Below are positions 9,857 to 26,343 of a stretch of DNA of 39,812 bases, in pieces. Positions within the stretch are counted from its first letter, which is position 1. Each line of letters begins with the position of its first letter. Position numbers and translations under genes: made by a program. The notes under the pieces were generated by a model, which saw only the letters and a program-made list of their open reading frames with translations, was not told where the DNA came from and did no database searches. Source of the stretch: Thermoanaerobaculales bacterium (GTDB taxonomy: Bacteria > Acidobacteriota > Thermoanaerobaculia > Thermoanaerobaculales > Sulfomarinibacteraceae); NCBI GenBank assembly GCA_025456385.1, contig JALOKS010000007.1:1-39812 (forward strand), given 5' to 3'.

Positions 9857-10252
9857 TCAGGGGCGCGACGCGCCCGGTCCGCCGGCCTCGCGGGCAGCGC
9901 CCGTTCGCCGGCCCAGGCAGCGCAGAAAATCTCTCTCCAGCTCGTCCCACGGCGCGCTCGGCAGCCCGCGCCGCGCATTCGCCACGATGTCATACCGCCC
10001 GGCGCCGCCGCTCTCCCGGTGCAGGCGATAGAGCTCGCGGAGCCGGCGCCGACACCGCGCCCTCAGCACCGCACCGCCCACCCGCCGCGAGGCCGTGACG
10101 CCGAAGCGCCCCTCGTCGTCGCCCACCGCGAGCATGAACAGGACGAGATAGCGACCGCTGATCCGGAGGCCTCGCGCGTACACACCGGCGAACTCGGCCC
10201 GTTTCTTCAGCCGATGCCGAGCGGGGAAGCCATGCCGCGACTCAGACGGCAA
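9857..10252 (-). CDS. rnpA: Ribonuclease P protein component
   Basis: Basic protein of about 131 aa with [12 protein letters not shown] and [24 protein letters not shown], in the rpmH-rnpA-yidC position. The track start is TTG at 10252, overlapping rpmH by 11 nt, so the exact start is uncertain. Confidence 0.8.
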   Translation of the reverse strand: MPSESRHGFPARHRLKKRAEFAGVYARGLRISGRYLVLFMLAVGDDEGRFGVTASRRVGGAVLRARCRRRLRELYRLHRESGGAGRYDIVANARRGLPSAPWDELERDFLRCLGRRTGAAREAGGPGASRP

Positions 10253-10376
10253 TCCGCTTGCGACCCTTGCGGCGCCGCGCGCTCAGCACGTTGCGGCCGC
10301 CCTTGCTGCGCATCCTGATGCGGAAGCCGTGGTTCTTCTTGCGCCGGCGCGTGTTCGGTTGAAAGGTCCTCTTCAT
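10242..10376 (-). CDS. rpmH: 50S ribosomal protein L34
   Basis: Too short for the ORF track. Reverse translation from the ATG at 10376 gives [44 protein letters not shown] followed by a stop, a canonical L34. Confidence 0.9.
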   Translation of the reverse strand: MKRTFQPNTRRRKKNHGFRIRMRSKGGRNVLSARRRKGRKRIAV

Positions 10377-10408
10377 GGTCTTCTCACTTCCCAAAATACG
10401 GGCGCGTC

Positions 10409-10437
10409 ACGATATCCCAGGCCACCCGGGGTGTCAA
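10409..10437 (-). promoter_or_regulatory. Candidate sigma70-type promoter for rpmH-rnpA
   Basis: The minus strand reads TTGACA (10437-10432), 17 nt, TATCGT (10414-10409), about 30 nt upstream of the rpmH ATG. Confidence 0.5.
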
Positions 10438-10472
10438 GGGAAGCTCGACCCGCGCTGTGGTAGCCTACAGCA

Positions 10473-11771
10473 ATGGACCGCTGGCAGCACCTCCTCCCCA
10501 ACATCCGTCAGATGTTGGGCGACGAGGAGTTCGCGACCTGGATCGCGCCGCTCGGCGTCCTCGGGTCCTCCGCCGACAGCGTCACGCTCGAAACCGACAA
10601 CGTGATCGTGCGCGACTGGGTGCGCGACCACCTCCTGCGTGACATCGAGACCGTCGCCCGAAGTCACTTCGGCGCGGAGTTCAAGGTCCTCATCACCGGC
10701 CCCGAGAGCACCAACCCGGACGGCGTGGGCGCAACGGCACCGTCATCCCGCGCCCTCGCCGAGCACCCGTTCAACCCCAGCTTCACCTTCGACCGCTTCG
10801 TGATCGGACCCTCCAACCAGTTCGCCGCGGCCGCCGCCGAGGCGGTCACGGAACGTCCTGGCAAGGCGTACAACCCGCTCTACCTCTACGGCGGCTCGGG
10901 TCTCGGCAAGACCCACCTCCTGCACGCCATCGCCAACCGCCTGCGCGGCTCCCTGCCACGCCTCAAAGTCGTCTACATGACCACGGAGCAGTTCGTCAAC
11001 GAGCTCATCAACTGCATCCGCCGGAAGCAGATGGATGCCTTTCGGCAGACCTTCCGCGCGGTCGACATGCTGCTTCTCGACGACATCCAGTTCATCGCCG
11101 GCAAGGAGCGAACTCAGGAGGAGTTCTTCCACACCTTCAACACACTCCAGTCCTCCGGGCGTCAGGTCGTCTTCACCTCCGACGCCCGCCCCGCCGACAT
11201 CCCGGGCCTCGAGGAACGGCTGCGCTCGCGCTTCCTCCAGGGCCTCATCGCCGACATCCAGCCCCCGGACCTCGAAACCCGCTGCGCCATCTTGCGCGAG
11301 AAGGCCCGCGCCATCGGGCACGAGCTCCCGGAGGACGTCGTCCTCTTCATCTCCCGCCGCGTCCAGAACAACGTCCGCGAGCTCGAGGGCTGCTTGAACC
11401 GCACGATCGCCTACGCGCATCTCAAGAGCTCCAAGATCACGATCGATGTCGTCCGCATGGCGCTTTTCGAGCTCGTCCCGGACGAGCGCGCGATCACGCC
11501 TTCGGACATCATCCGTTTCGTCGCCCAGCACTACGGGATCCGGGTCGCGGACATCAAGGGTCGCTCCAACCGCCGCTCGATCGCGCTCCCCCGCCAGGTC
11601 GCCATGTACCTCATCCGCAACATCCTCGAGCTGAGCTTCCCGGAGATCGGCAAGATCTTCTCGAAGCACCACTCGACCGTGATGTACGCCGTCGATGCGG
11701 TGCACAAGATGCGGCAGTCGAACCCGGACTTCGACGCCTCCCTGACCTCCTTTCGCGAGCACTTCGGGTGA
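10473..11771 (+). CDS. dnaA: Chromosomal replication initiator protein DnaA
   Basis: 432 aa. Walker A GGSGLGKTHLLHAIAN, Walker B LLLDDIQF, RLRSRF, and a domain IV DNA-binding region (IALPRQVAMYLIRNILELSFPEIGKIF..HSTVMYA). An in-frame TAG at 10461 fixes ATG 10473 as the first possible start. No obvious SD. Confidence 0.95.
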   Translation: MDRWQHLLPNIRQMLGDEEFATWIAPLGVLGSSADSVTLETDNVIVRDWVRDHLLRDIETVARSHFGAEFKVLITGPESTNPDGVGATAPSSRALAEHPFNPSFTFDRFVIGPSNQFAAAAAEAVTERPGKAYNPLYLYGGSGLGKTHLLHAIANRLRGSLPRLKVVYMTTEQFVNELINCIRRKQMDAFRQTFRAVDMLLLDDIQFIAGKERTQEEFFHTFNTLQSSGRQVVFTSDARPADIPGLEERLRSRFLQGLIADIQPPDLETRCAILREKARAIGHELPEDVVLFISRRVQNNVRELEGCLNRTIAYAHLKSSKITIDVVRMALFELVPDERAITPSDIIRFVAQHYGIRVADIKGRSNRRSIALPRQVAMYLIRNILELSFPEIGKIFSKHHSTVMYAVDAVHKMRQSNPDFDASLTSFREHFG

Positions 11772-12012
11772 TGGCCACAGCCCGTCTGCGGAGTCGCCTG
11801 TGAGACCCTGTGGACGGCTGCGGAAAGGGTGGTTTTTCCACAGCTGCGCACAGCCTCGGCGGCTCTGCATCCACAGCCGTCGGTACATACTAAATATCTA
11901 TTAAACAAGGTTTTATAGTTCATGTCCGCAGTGTGCACACGCTCGACGATGATGACGAATCATGTTATATTCTGCCCGGAAAGCCCGAAGTCGTCTCGAG
12001 AAAGGGCGGGTG
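11772..12012. other. Candidate oriC (dnaA-dnaN intergenic region with DnaA boxes and an AT-rich element)
   Basis: Four CCACAG-core DnaA-box-like 9-mers: TTTTCCACA 11834-11842 (8/9 to TTATCCACA), GCATCCACA 11867-11875 (7/9), inverted CCGTCCACA (plus strand TGTGGACGG 11809-11817) and ATGGCCACA 11771-11779. There is also an AT-rich stretch at 11884-11924 and a perfect 10-bp palindrome GTGTGCACAC at 11931-11940. Gene orientation switches at rpmH/dnaA. Confidence 0.65.
11884..11924. other. AT-rich candidate DNA unwinding element
   Basis: TACATACTAAATATCTATTAAACAAGGTTTTATAGTTCATG has only 9 G/C in 41 nt (counted by hand) in an otherwise very GC-rich window. It lies directly downstream of the DnaA-box cluster. 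Confidence 0.55.
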
Positions 12013-13116
12013 ATGGAACTCAAGCTGCAGCGCAACCTGGTGCTCCAGGAACTCTCCATTCTCCAGGGCGTCGTCGAGCATCGCACGACGATTCCGATCC
12101 TCTCGAGCATCCTCGCCGAGGCCGAGGAGAACCGGCTGCGGATGGTCGCCACCGACCTCGACATGACCATCGTGACCGAGTGCCCGGCGGTGGTTCACGG
12201 CGGCGGGCGGGCGACCATCGAGAGCAAGGTGTTTCTCAATCTCGTCCGGAGTCTTCCTGAAGAGGAGTTCGGCCTGCGGCAGGACGGGGACGCGATCGAG
12301 ATCAGCTGCGGACGCTTCACGTCGCGCCTGGCGGTGACGGACCCTGCTGAGTACCCGACGGTACCGGAGGTGCCGGCGGCGGGAGACTATGCGCTGCCTC
12401 TGAGCCTGTTTCAGAGGATGCTCGACCGGGTGGCCTTCGCGATCACCAAGGACGATCCCAAGTTCCAGCTCAACGGGGCATTGGTCAAGCTGCTGCCGGG
12501 CGAGATCGAGATCGCCTCGACCGACGGCCACCGCCTGGCCATGGTGCGGGCCAAAGCTCCGGCTGGAAAGCCGCCGTTCGAGCAACAGCTCTTCCCGCGC
12601 AAGCTGCTGGCGGAGTTCGCCCGCTTCGGAGACGACGAAGTGCGGATGGCGGCCGGAGACAACCACCTCGGCTTCATCATGGGCGACCGGACGCTGGTCT
12701 CGCGGATCGTCGAGCTCCGCTTTCCGCAGTACGAGCGGGTGATCGTCCGAGACAACCCCAACCGGGCGCGGGTCGATCGCCGAGAGCTGCTTGCCTCCCT
12801 GCGCCGCGTCAGTCTGATGGCTCATGAGAAGGCCCGCGGCGTGCGCTTCCGCTTCGCCGCCGGCGGCGAGCTGTCGTTGGCGTCGATCGGCTACGAGCGG
12901 GGCAGCGCCGAGGAGGTCCTGTCGGTGACCTACCAGGGTGATGCCCTCGAGATCGCGCTCAATGCGGGCTACCTGATCGACGTCCTCCAGGTCCTGGAGT
13001 GCGACCAGGTCGAGCTCCAGCTACGGGACAGCAACACCCAGTGCGTGGTCGTGCCGGTCGACGACGACCCCCGGCTCGAGGAGTATGTGTACGTCCTGAT
13101 GCCGATGCGCCTGTGA
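12013..13116 (+). CDS. dnaN: DNA polymerase III beta sliding clamp
   Basis: 367 aa from MELKLQRNLVLQELSILQGVVEHRTTIPILSSILAEA, a typical clamp N-terminus. The ATG at 12013 is preceded by GAAAGGGCGGG. The track start at 11962 would add 17 aa from the AT-rich spacer. Confidence 0.92.
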   Translation: MELKLQRNLVLQELSILQGVVEHRTTIPILSSILAEAEENRLRMVATDLDMTIVTECPAVVHGGGRATIESKVFLNLVRSLPEEEFGLRQDGDAIEISCGRFTSRLAVTDPAEYPTVPEVPAAGDYALPLSLFQRMLDRVAFAITKDDPKFQLNGALVKLLPGEIEIASTDGHRLAMVRAKAPAGKPPFEQQLFPRKLLAEFARFGDDEVRMAAGDNHLGFIMGDRTLVSRIVELRFPQYERVIVRDNPNRARVDRRELLASLRRVSLMAHEKARGVRFRFAAGGELSLASIGYERGSAEEVLSVTYQGDALEIALNAGYLIDVLQVLECDQVELQLRDSNTQCVVVPVDDDPRLEEYVYVLMPMRL

Positions 13117-13164
13117 GCTCGCGGGCGCGCTGCGGCTCGGACCCGCGCTGATCTGGGAGCCGCC

Positions 13165-19138
<5,974 letters not shown>

Positions 19139-19159
19139 GGGCGCGGGACGGGAGCGCCC

Positions 19160-19720
19160 ATGAACCCGGCGCCGGGCCCGGCGCCGCGCGCGGTGCCGGC
19201 GACGCTCATCCTCCACCAGGAGGGCGTGATCGCGGTCATCGCCCTGATCGGCCTCGCCCTGCGGGACGAAGGCGTGGCCGCCGGGCTCGCCGCCCGCGGG
19301 TCCGTGGCGGCGGCGCTCCTCGAGGGCTGCGGGGTGGCCGCCGCAGCCTTCGCCGTCCTCTGGTTGGCGCGGGCGATCCTCGCGCCGCTGCGGGAGCTCG
19401 AGGCCTGGCAGCGGGGCATGGTGGCGGGCTGGTCGGCCGCGGACGTGGCGGCGGTGGCGGTCTTCTCGGGCCTCGCCGAGGAGGCTCTGGTGCGCGCGGT
19501 CCTGCAGCCCGCGCTCGGCCTGCTGCCGGCGGCTGCGATCTTCGCGCTCCTGCACGTGGTGCCCGACCGCCGGCTGTGGCTGTGGCCGGTGATCGCGCTC
19601 GGGCTCGGCGCGGTGCTCGGCTGGCTGTTCGCGCGCTCCGGTTACCCGGCCGCCGCCGCCGCCCACGTGGTCCTCAACGCGCTCTCCCTGACCCGGCTGC
19701 GCGTCGGGGCGGCCGCCTGA
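19160..19720 (+). CDS. CPBP (CAAX/Abi-type) intramembrane metalloprotease family protein
   Basis: 186 aa, multi-TM, with the family motifs EExxxR ([11 protein letters not shown]), FxxxH (FALLH) and HxxxN (HVVLNA). Starts 21 nt after the gyrA stop. Confidence 0.75.
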   Translation: MNPAPGPAPRAVPATLILHQEGVIAVIALIGLALRDEGVAAGLAARGSVAAALLEGCGVAAAAFAVLWLARAILAPLRELEAWQRGMVAGWSAADVAAVAVFSGLAEEALVRAVLQPALGLLPAAAIFALLHVVPDRRLWLWPVIALGLGAVLGWLFARSGYPAAAAAHVVLNALSLTRLRVGAAA

Positions 19721-19791
19721 ACGGGACGACAGGGAAAGGGCGCGGCGGGCGGCGGGTTGTACAATGTGACCGCGGTCGGGGGAGGCGAGGC

Positions 19792-20679
19792 ATGAATCAT
19801 CTCGATGACCAGTTCCGCGTCAAGGTGGGGCTGGCGGAAATGCTCAAGGGCGGCGTCATCATGGACGTGACCGACGCCGAGCAGGCGGCGGTGGCAGAGC
19901 GCGCCGGTGCGGTGGCGGTGATGGCTCTCGAGCGCGTCCCCGCGGACATCCGGGCGATGGGCGGAGTCGCGCGGATGTCGTCGATCGAGAAGATCGAGGA
20001 GATCAAGGACCGGGTGTCGATCCCGGTCATGGCGAAGGTGCGCATCGGTCACCTCGCCGAGGCGCGGATCCTGGAGGCGCTCGAGGTCGACTTCATCGAC
20101 GAGAGCGAGGTCCTGACCCCGGCAGACGACGAGAACCACATCTCGAAGCACTCCTTCAAGGTGCCCTTCGTGTGCGGGTGCCGCAACCTCGGCGAGGCGC
20201 TGCGCCGCATCGGCGAGGGCGCGGCCATGATCCGCACCAAGGGCGAGGCCGGCTCGGGCGACATCGTCGAGGGCGTGCGCCACCTGCGCGCGGTGCAGCG
20301 CGGCATCAAGACGCTGACGATCCTCGCCGAGGACGAGCTCATGACCGCCGCCAAGGAGCTCGCTGCGCCCTACGAGCTCGTGCGCTGGGTCGCCGAGCGC
20401 GGGCGTCTGCCGGTGCCGAACTTCGCCGCGGGCGGCGTCGCCACGCCGGCGGACGCCGCCCTCTGCATGATGCTCGGCGCGGAGTCGGTGTTCGTGGGCT
20501 CCGGGATCTTCAAGTCCGGGGACCCGGAGCGCCGCGGCCGGGCGATCGTCGAGGCCGTCACGCACTGGCAGGACCCGGCGCGGCTCGCGGCGGTCTCGCG
20601 CGGGCTCGGCGAGGCGATGTCGGGTCTGGAGTCGGGCAAGCTCAGCCCCGAGGAGATGCTGTCGCGCCGAGGGTGGTAG
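19792..20679 (+). CDS. pdxS: Pyridoxal 5'-phosphate synthase subunit PdxS
   Basis: 295 aa from [26 protein letters not shown]. Contains [35 protein letters not shown] and [20 protein letters not shown] upstream, and TACAAT at 19760-19765 is a possible -10. Confidence 0.93.
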   Translation: MNHLDDQFRVKVGLAEMLKGGVIMDVTDAEQAAVAERAGAVAVMALERVPADIRAMGGVARMSSIEKIEEIKDRVSIPVMAKVRIGHLAEARILEALEVDFIDESEVLTPADDENHISKHSFKVPFVCGCRNLGEALRRIGEGAAMIRTKGEAGSGDIVEGVRHLRAVQRGIKTLTILAEDELMTAAKELAAPYELVRWVAERGRLPVPNFAAGGVATPADAALCMMLGAESVFVGSGIFKSGDPERRGRAIVEAVTHWQDPARLAAVSRGLGEAMSGLESGKLSPEEMLSRRGW

Positions 20680-20683
20680 GGCG

Positions 20684-21301
20684 TTGGTCGAGCTCGGTGT
20701 GCTGGCCTTGCAGGGCGACTTCCACGCCCACGCGGCGGTTCTCGCCGAGCTCGGCTGTGCCCCGCGTGCGGTGCGCACCGCGGCCGAGCTCGAGGGCCTC
20801 GACGGCCTCGTGATGCCGGGCGGCGAGAGCACGGCGATGCTCCGGTTGATGGCGGCAGAGGACCTCGGCGCCCGCATCCGGGAGCGGGTGCGCGGCGGGA
20901 TGGCGGTCCTCGCCACCTGCGCGGGAGTCATCCTGCTCGCCGACACGGTGACGCCCCCGCAGCCGAGCCTCGGCCTGCTCGCGGTCGACGTGCTCCGCAA
21001 TGCCTACGGCCGGCAGCCGCAGTCGACGGTGACGACGGTCGAGCTCGCCCCTGCGCTCGGCGCACCGGCTCGTCTCGAGGGGGTGTTCATCCGTGCCCCC
21101 CGCATCACCGGCACGGGCTCCGACGTGGAGGTGCTGGGGCGCCGGGGCGCGGATCCCGTCCTGGTCCGCCAGGGCCGGATCCTGGGCGCGACCTTTCACC
21201 CCGAGCTTTCCCGCGACCGCCGCGTCCACGGGCTGTTCGTGACGATGGCGGAGGACGCGCAGGGCCGAGCCGCCCAGGCCGCGAGCCGGCGCGGCGCCTG
21301 A
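20684..21301 (+). CDS. pdxT: Pyridoxal 5'-phosphate synthase glutaminase subunit PdxT
   Basis: 205 aa with a TTG start. GVLALQGD, catalytic Cys context LATCAG, and HPE near the C-terminus. Begins 4 nt after pdxS. Confidence 0.9.
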   Translation: MVELGVLALQGDFHAHAAVLAELGCAPRAVRTAAELEGLDGLVMPGGESTAMLRLMAAEDLGARIRERVRGGMAVLATCAGVILLADTVTPPQPSLGLLAVDVLRNAYGRQPQSTVTTVELAPALGAPARLEGVFIRAPRITGTGSDVEVLGRRGADPVLVRQGRILGATFHPELSRDRRVHGLFVTMAEDAQGRAAQAASRRGA

Positions 21302-21307
21302 AGGCGG

Positions 21308-22087
21308 TCAGAAGGTGTAGGTCGCGTCCTGCCGGAGCTCCTCGAAGGGCAGCGGCAGCGGGCCCGCCGCGAGCTCGGCCCGGAGCTCGGCGACGTACGG
21401 CGGCTTGAAGTGGTAGAGGTAGACCGGCACCCGGCGCTGAAGCTTCGCGAGCTCGCCCGCGAGCGAGGCCGGCGTCAGGTGCAGGCTGACGTCCGCGACC
21501 TCCTGGAGGCGGTTCGGGAAGGAGCACTCGGTGATCACCGCCGCGAGGTCGGGCGCCGCGTTGGCGACCTCCCAGATGCGCTCCGTGGGTCCGGTGTCCG
21601 AGGTGAAGAGCACGCTCGAGCCCCCCTGCCGCAGCAGCAGGCCCGAGGTGGGAACGATGTGATTGACCTCGATGGCCACCACCTCGAGGTCCGCCTCGCC
21701 GGGGCAGGGGATGACGAAGGGCCGCTCGAGCTCGATCTCGGCGAAGCGGAGCGAGGGGTAGAGGTGGTTCGGGATGCGGGTGAAGTCCGGCCAGGTGTCG
21801 TTGTTGAAGAGGTGACGGCGGACGCCCGCCAGCACGCGCTTGGTGCAGTAGATCGCCACCGGCTCCTCGTTGGTGCCGAAGGAGTTCTCGATCAGGAAGG
21901 GCAGGGTGTTCGTGTGGTCCATGTGGGTGTGGGTGATGATCACGTGCCGCACCGCCTTCTGCTCCTCGATCGACAGCGCGCGGGTGATCGCGCCGGCGTC
22001 GATGGCGATCCGGTCGTTGATCAGGAACGAGGTCATCCTGCACTCGGGGCTGTCGCCGCCGAAGCTGCCGAGCACGCGAAACTTCAT
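21308..22087 (-). CDS. Metallo-beta-lactamase-fold hydrolase, class II 3',5'-cyclic-nucleotide phosphodiesterase-like
   Basis: 259 aa from MKFRVLGSFGG. The HxHxDH motif in ITHTHMDHTNTLPFL resembles the class II cAMP phosphodiesterase signature. The start was chosen inside the 276-aa track ORF. Substrate assignment is tentative. Confidence 0.65.
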   Translation of the reverse strand: MKFRVLGSFGGDSPECRMTSFLINDRIAIDAGAITRALSIEEQKAVRHVIITHTHMDHTNTLPFLIENSFGTNEEPVAIYCTKRVLAGVRRHLFNNDTWPDFTRIPNHLYPSLRFAEIELERPFVIPCPGEADLEVVAIEVNHIVPTSGLLLRQGGSSVLFTSDTGPTERIWEVANAAPDLAAVITECSFPNRLQEVADVSLHLTPASLAGELAKLQRRVPVYLYHFKPPYVAELRAELAAGPLPLPFEELRQDATYTF

Positions 22088-22120
22088 GCCCCCGAGTATA
22101 CCCGGACCGGAGCGGCTACC

Positions 22121-23188
22121 ATGAGTGCGATGCGTCACCCCGACCCCGGGCTGCTGCGGCTCGGCCTCCTGCTGGCGGGCGGCGGCTCCGCCGTGCGGCG
22201 GGCGCTCGCCGCGGCGCCACCCGGCGCCGAGCTGCCCGGCCGGCTCGCCGCGGCCGGCGTGGGCCGCGCCACCCTCGACGCCGCCCTCGCGCTCGCCGCC
22301 GAGGCGGCGCCGGAGGTGGCCGCGCGCGCCCTCGCTGCCGGCTGGCGCTGGCAGGTGCCGGGCGACGAGGGCTACCCGAGCCTTCTCCAGACCACCGCCG
22401 ACCCACCGCTCGGGCTCTTCATCCGCGGGCGCCTCGCGTCAGCTCCCGCGGTGGCGGTCGTCGGCTCGCGCCGCGCGACGGCCTACGGCCGCCAGGTGGC
22501 GCGGCTGCTCGGCGAGGAGCTCGGCCGAGCGCGGGTCGTCGTCCTCTCGGGGATGGCGCGCGGCGTCGACGCCGAGGCGCACCGGGGCGCCCTCGCGGCC
22601 GGCGGCAGCAGCTGGGCGGTGTGGGGCTGCGGGCCCGACACCGTGTACCCGCCGGAGCACCGCGGGCTTGCCGAGGACATCGCGGCGAGCGGCGCCCTGG
22701 TCACCGAGTACCCGCCGGGGACGCCCCCGCGCCCCCAGCACTTCCCGGAGCGCAACCGCATCCTCGCCGGCCTCGCGACGGCGGTGGTCGTGGTCGAGGC
22801 CGCGGCCCGCTCCGGCGCCCTCATCACGGCGCGCCTCGGCCTCGAGGAGGGACGCGAGGTGCTGGCCGTACCGGGCAGCATCTTCTCCGCGCAGTCGGTC
22901 GGCCCGAACACCCTGCTGCGGGTCGGCGCCCGACCACTGCTGACGCCGCGCGACCTCTTCGACGCGATCGGCTGGGCGCCGCCGCCCGCCGCGACCGCGG
23001 CGGAGGACGGCCTGCTGCAATGGATCGGCGCCGGCGAGGAGCTCAGCGCCGACGAGATCGCGCGCCGCAGCGGGCTCGAGGTCGCCGCCGTCACCGCCGA
23101 GCTGGTCGCGCTCGAGCTCGCGGGCGAGCTCCTGCGGGGGAGCGACGGCCGCTACAGCCGGGTCCGCTCGGCCCCGCCGGAGGGCTAG
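22121..23188 (+). CDS. dprA: DNA processing/protecting protein DprA (Smf)
   Basis: 355 aa from MSAMRHPDPG. Core VAVVGSRRATAYG, SGMARGVDAEAHRGAL, FPERNRILAGL, VVVEAAARSGALITA. The start was chosen inside the 592-aa track ORF. Confidence 0.85.
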   Translation: MSAMRHPDPGLLRLGLLLAGGGSAVRRALAAAPPGAELPGRLAAAGVGRATLDAALALAAEAAPEVAARALAAGWRWQVPGDEGYPSLLQTTADPPLGLFIRGRLASAPAVAVVGSRRATAYGRQVARLLGEELGRARVVVLSGMARGVDAEAHRGALAAGGSSWAVWGCGPDTVYPPEHRGLAEDIAASGALVTEYPPGTPPRPQHFPERNRILAGLATAVVVVEAAARSGALITARLGLEEGREVLAVPGSIFSAQSVGPNTLLRVGARPLLTPRDLFDAIGWAPPPAATAAEDGLLQWIGAGEELSADEIARRSGLEVAAVTAELVALELAGELLRGSDGRYSRVRSAPPEG

Positions 23189-23194
23189 CGGCGG

Positions 23195-24529
23195 ATGGCG
23201 GGGGTGACGGTGGTCGGCGGCGGCCTCGCCGGCTGCGAGGCCGCCTGGCAGCTCGCCGCGCTCGGCCACCGGGTGAGCCTGGTGGAGATGCGGCCGCTGC
23301 GCCCGACGCCGGTGCACCGCAGCGGCGCGCTCGCCGAGCTGGTGTGCTCCAACTCCCTGCGCGGCGACGACCTGACGAACGCGGTCGGGCTGCTCAAGGC
23401 CGAGATGGAGGCGCTGGGCTCGCTGGTGCTGCGCGTCGCGCGCGCGACGGCGGTGCCGGCGGGCGGTGCGCTGGCCGTGGACCGCGAGGCCTTCGCGCGC
23501 GGCGTCGCGGAGCTGATCGCCGACCACCCCGGGATCGGGCTGCGGCGGGAGGAGCTCACCGCGCTGCCGGAGGGTCCGGCGATCATCGCCACCGGGCCCT
23601 TGACCTCTCCCGCCCTCCACGAGGCCCTCGCCGCCCTCCTCGGCGAGCGCGCGCTGGCCTTCTTCGACGCCATCGCGCCGATCGTCGCCGCCGACTCGCT
23701 CGACCTCGGCCGGCTCTACCGCGCCTCCCGGTACGGCAAGGGCGAGGGCGACGACTACCTCAACTCGGCGCTCGACCGCGCCGGCTACGATCGCTTCGTG
23801 GACGCGCTCCTCGCCGCCGACAAGGTGCCCTTCAAGGACTTCGAGCTCGCCGACATCCGCTACTTCGACGGCTGCCTGCCGATCGAGGTCATGGCCGAGC
23901 GGGGTCGGGAGACCCTGCGCTTCGGCCCGATGAAGCCGGTCGGGCTCGTCGATCCGGCGACCGGCCGCGAGCCCTGGGCGGTGGTGCAGCTGCGCCAGGA
24001 CGACCTCGCGGCGGCGCACTGGAACCTGGTCGGCTTCCAGACCAAGCTCACGCACGGCGAGCAGCTGCGGATCTTCCGCACCCTGCCGGGCCTCGAGAGC
24101 GCGCGCTTCGTTCGCCTCGGCATGATCCACCGCAACACCTTCGTCAACGCGCCCCGTGTCCTCGATGAGTCGCTGCGGCTGCGAGCCCGGCCGTCCCTGC
24201 GCCTGGCGGGCCAGATCACCGGCGTCGAGGGCTACGTCGAGTCGGCCGCCTGCGGCCTGCTGGCCGCGCGCTTCCTGGCCGCCGAGCTGGCGGGGGGCGA
24301 GCTCTCCCCGCCGCCGCCGGAGACCGCTCTCGGCGGGCTCATGCGCCACCTGACGGTGAGCGACCCGGGCTCGTACCAGCCCAGCAACATCACCTGGGGG
24401 CTGATGGCGACGCCGCCCGAGGCGCTCGCCGCGCGCGGGCGGCGCGAGCGCCGCCGCCGCCACGCAGAACGCGCGCTCGAGCTGATCCGCGCCTGGTCGA
24501 CGCAGGGCGCCGCCCCCGAAAGCGCCTGA
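23195..24529 (+). CDS. trmFO: Methylenetetrahydrofolate--tRNA-(uracil54-C5)-methyltransferase TrmFO
   Basis: 444 aa. FAD fold [41 protein letters not shown] short GidA-family paralogue of typical TrmFO size. Confidence 0.9.
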   Translation: MAGVTVVGGGLAGCEAAWQLAALGHRVSLVEMRPLRPTPVHRSGALAELVCSNSLRGDDLTNAVGLLKAEMEALGSLVLRVARATAVPAGGALAVDREAFARGVAELIADHPGIGLRREELTALPEGPAIIATGPLTSPALHEALAALLGERALAFFDAIAPIVAADSLDLGRLYRASRYGKGEGDDYLNSALDRAGYDRFVDALLAADKVPFKDFELADIRYFDGCLPIEVMAERGRETLRFGPMKPVGLVDPATGREPWAVVQLRQDDLAAAHWNLVGFQTKLTHGEQLRIFRTLPGLESARFVRLGMIHRNTFVNAPRVLDESLRLRARPSLRLAGQITGVEGYVESAACGLLAARFLAAELAGGELSPPPPETALGGLMRHLTVSDPGSYQPSNITWGLMATPPEALAARGRRERRRRHAERALELIRAWSTQGAAPESA

Positions 24530-24536
24530 GGCCGCC

Positions 24537-25464
24537 TCAGCCGGAGCCGCCGCGCCGCGCCTTCGGGTGGCTGCGGCGGTGGACCTCCATCAGGTGGGCG
24601 AGATCGACCCGGGTGTAGATCTGGGTGGTGGCGAGGGAGCTGTGGCCGAGGAGCTCCTGGATGGCGCGCAGGTCCATGCCGGCCTCGAGGAGGTGGGTCG
24701 CGAAGGCGTGCCGCAGGGAGTGGGGGTGGAGGCGGCCGAGCTCGGAGCCGCGGCGGACCGCGGCGTCGAGGAGCCGCCGCACCGAGCGGTCGCTGAGGCG
24801 GCCGCCGCGTTGGTTGACGAACAGCGGCTCGGCGCCATCCGCAGCCGCGCGCCGCCGCCAGCTCGCGCGGTCGGGCAGGTAGGCCGCGATCGCGGCCGCC
24901 GCCGGCCGGCCGAAGGGAACCAGCCGTTCCTTGCGCCCCTTGCCGCGGACCCGCAGGCTGCGCTGCGCGAGCCCGAGGTCGGCGAGATCGAGGCCGACCA
25001 GCTCACCGACCCGCAGGCCGGCCGCGTACAGGAGCTCCACCACCGCGCGATCGCGGCGACCCGCCGGCGTGTCGGCGAAGCTCTCGAGCAGCTCCTCGAT
25101 CGCGTAGCGGTCGGCGATCGCGGGCGTGTGCTCGAGGTCGCGCGGGTGCGGCACCGCGCGCGCCGGGTTGATGGTCACCACCCCCTCGCCGAGGAGGAAG
25201 CGGAAGTAGCTGCGGAGCGCGGCGAGCGCGCGCGCGACGGAGCGGGGTGCCAGGCCGCGGGTGTGCAGCTCGGCGAGGTAGGCCCGCACCGCCCCCCCGC
25301 CCACCTGCGGCGGGCGCTCGAGGCCCAGCCGCTCGTGCGCGAACGCGACGAAGCCGAGGACCTCGCGGCGGTAGGCGGCGAGGGTGGCCGGCGACAGGTT
25401 GCGCTCCCACTCGAGGTGCTCGAGGAAGGCCTCGGCGAGCCACGCCGCCGGCGGCCCCGCGGGC

Positions 25465-25478
<14 letters not shown>
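24537..25478 (-). CDS. xerC: Tyrosine recombinase XerC/XerD family
   Basis: About 313 aa from GTG 25478 (the track ATG at 25544 would overlap the upstream gene by 80 nt). Contains RDRAVVELLYAAGLRVGELVGL, GKGRKERLVPFG, HPHSLRHAFATHLLEAGMDLRAIQELLGHSSLATTQIYTRV. Confidence 0.85.
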
Positions 25479-26268
<790 letters not shown>

Positions 26269-26343
26269 CCAACCAACTTAACCCAGATCCGAGCCGAAGT
26301 CGATGCTACACTCGGCGGAGGTCGCCGGGGCGGGGAGGATGGT

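Noticed and set aside
4677-10098. Long plus-strand ORFs (4677..6659 and 8137..10098) opposite mnmG and yidC. There are similar antisense ORFs at 22439..24463, 29256..31364 and 29378..31525.
   Set aside because: All overlap well-supported genes on the other strand and translate to Arg/Pro/Ala/Gly-rich sequence. They are treated as high-GC artefacts, not overlapping genes.
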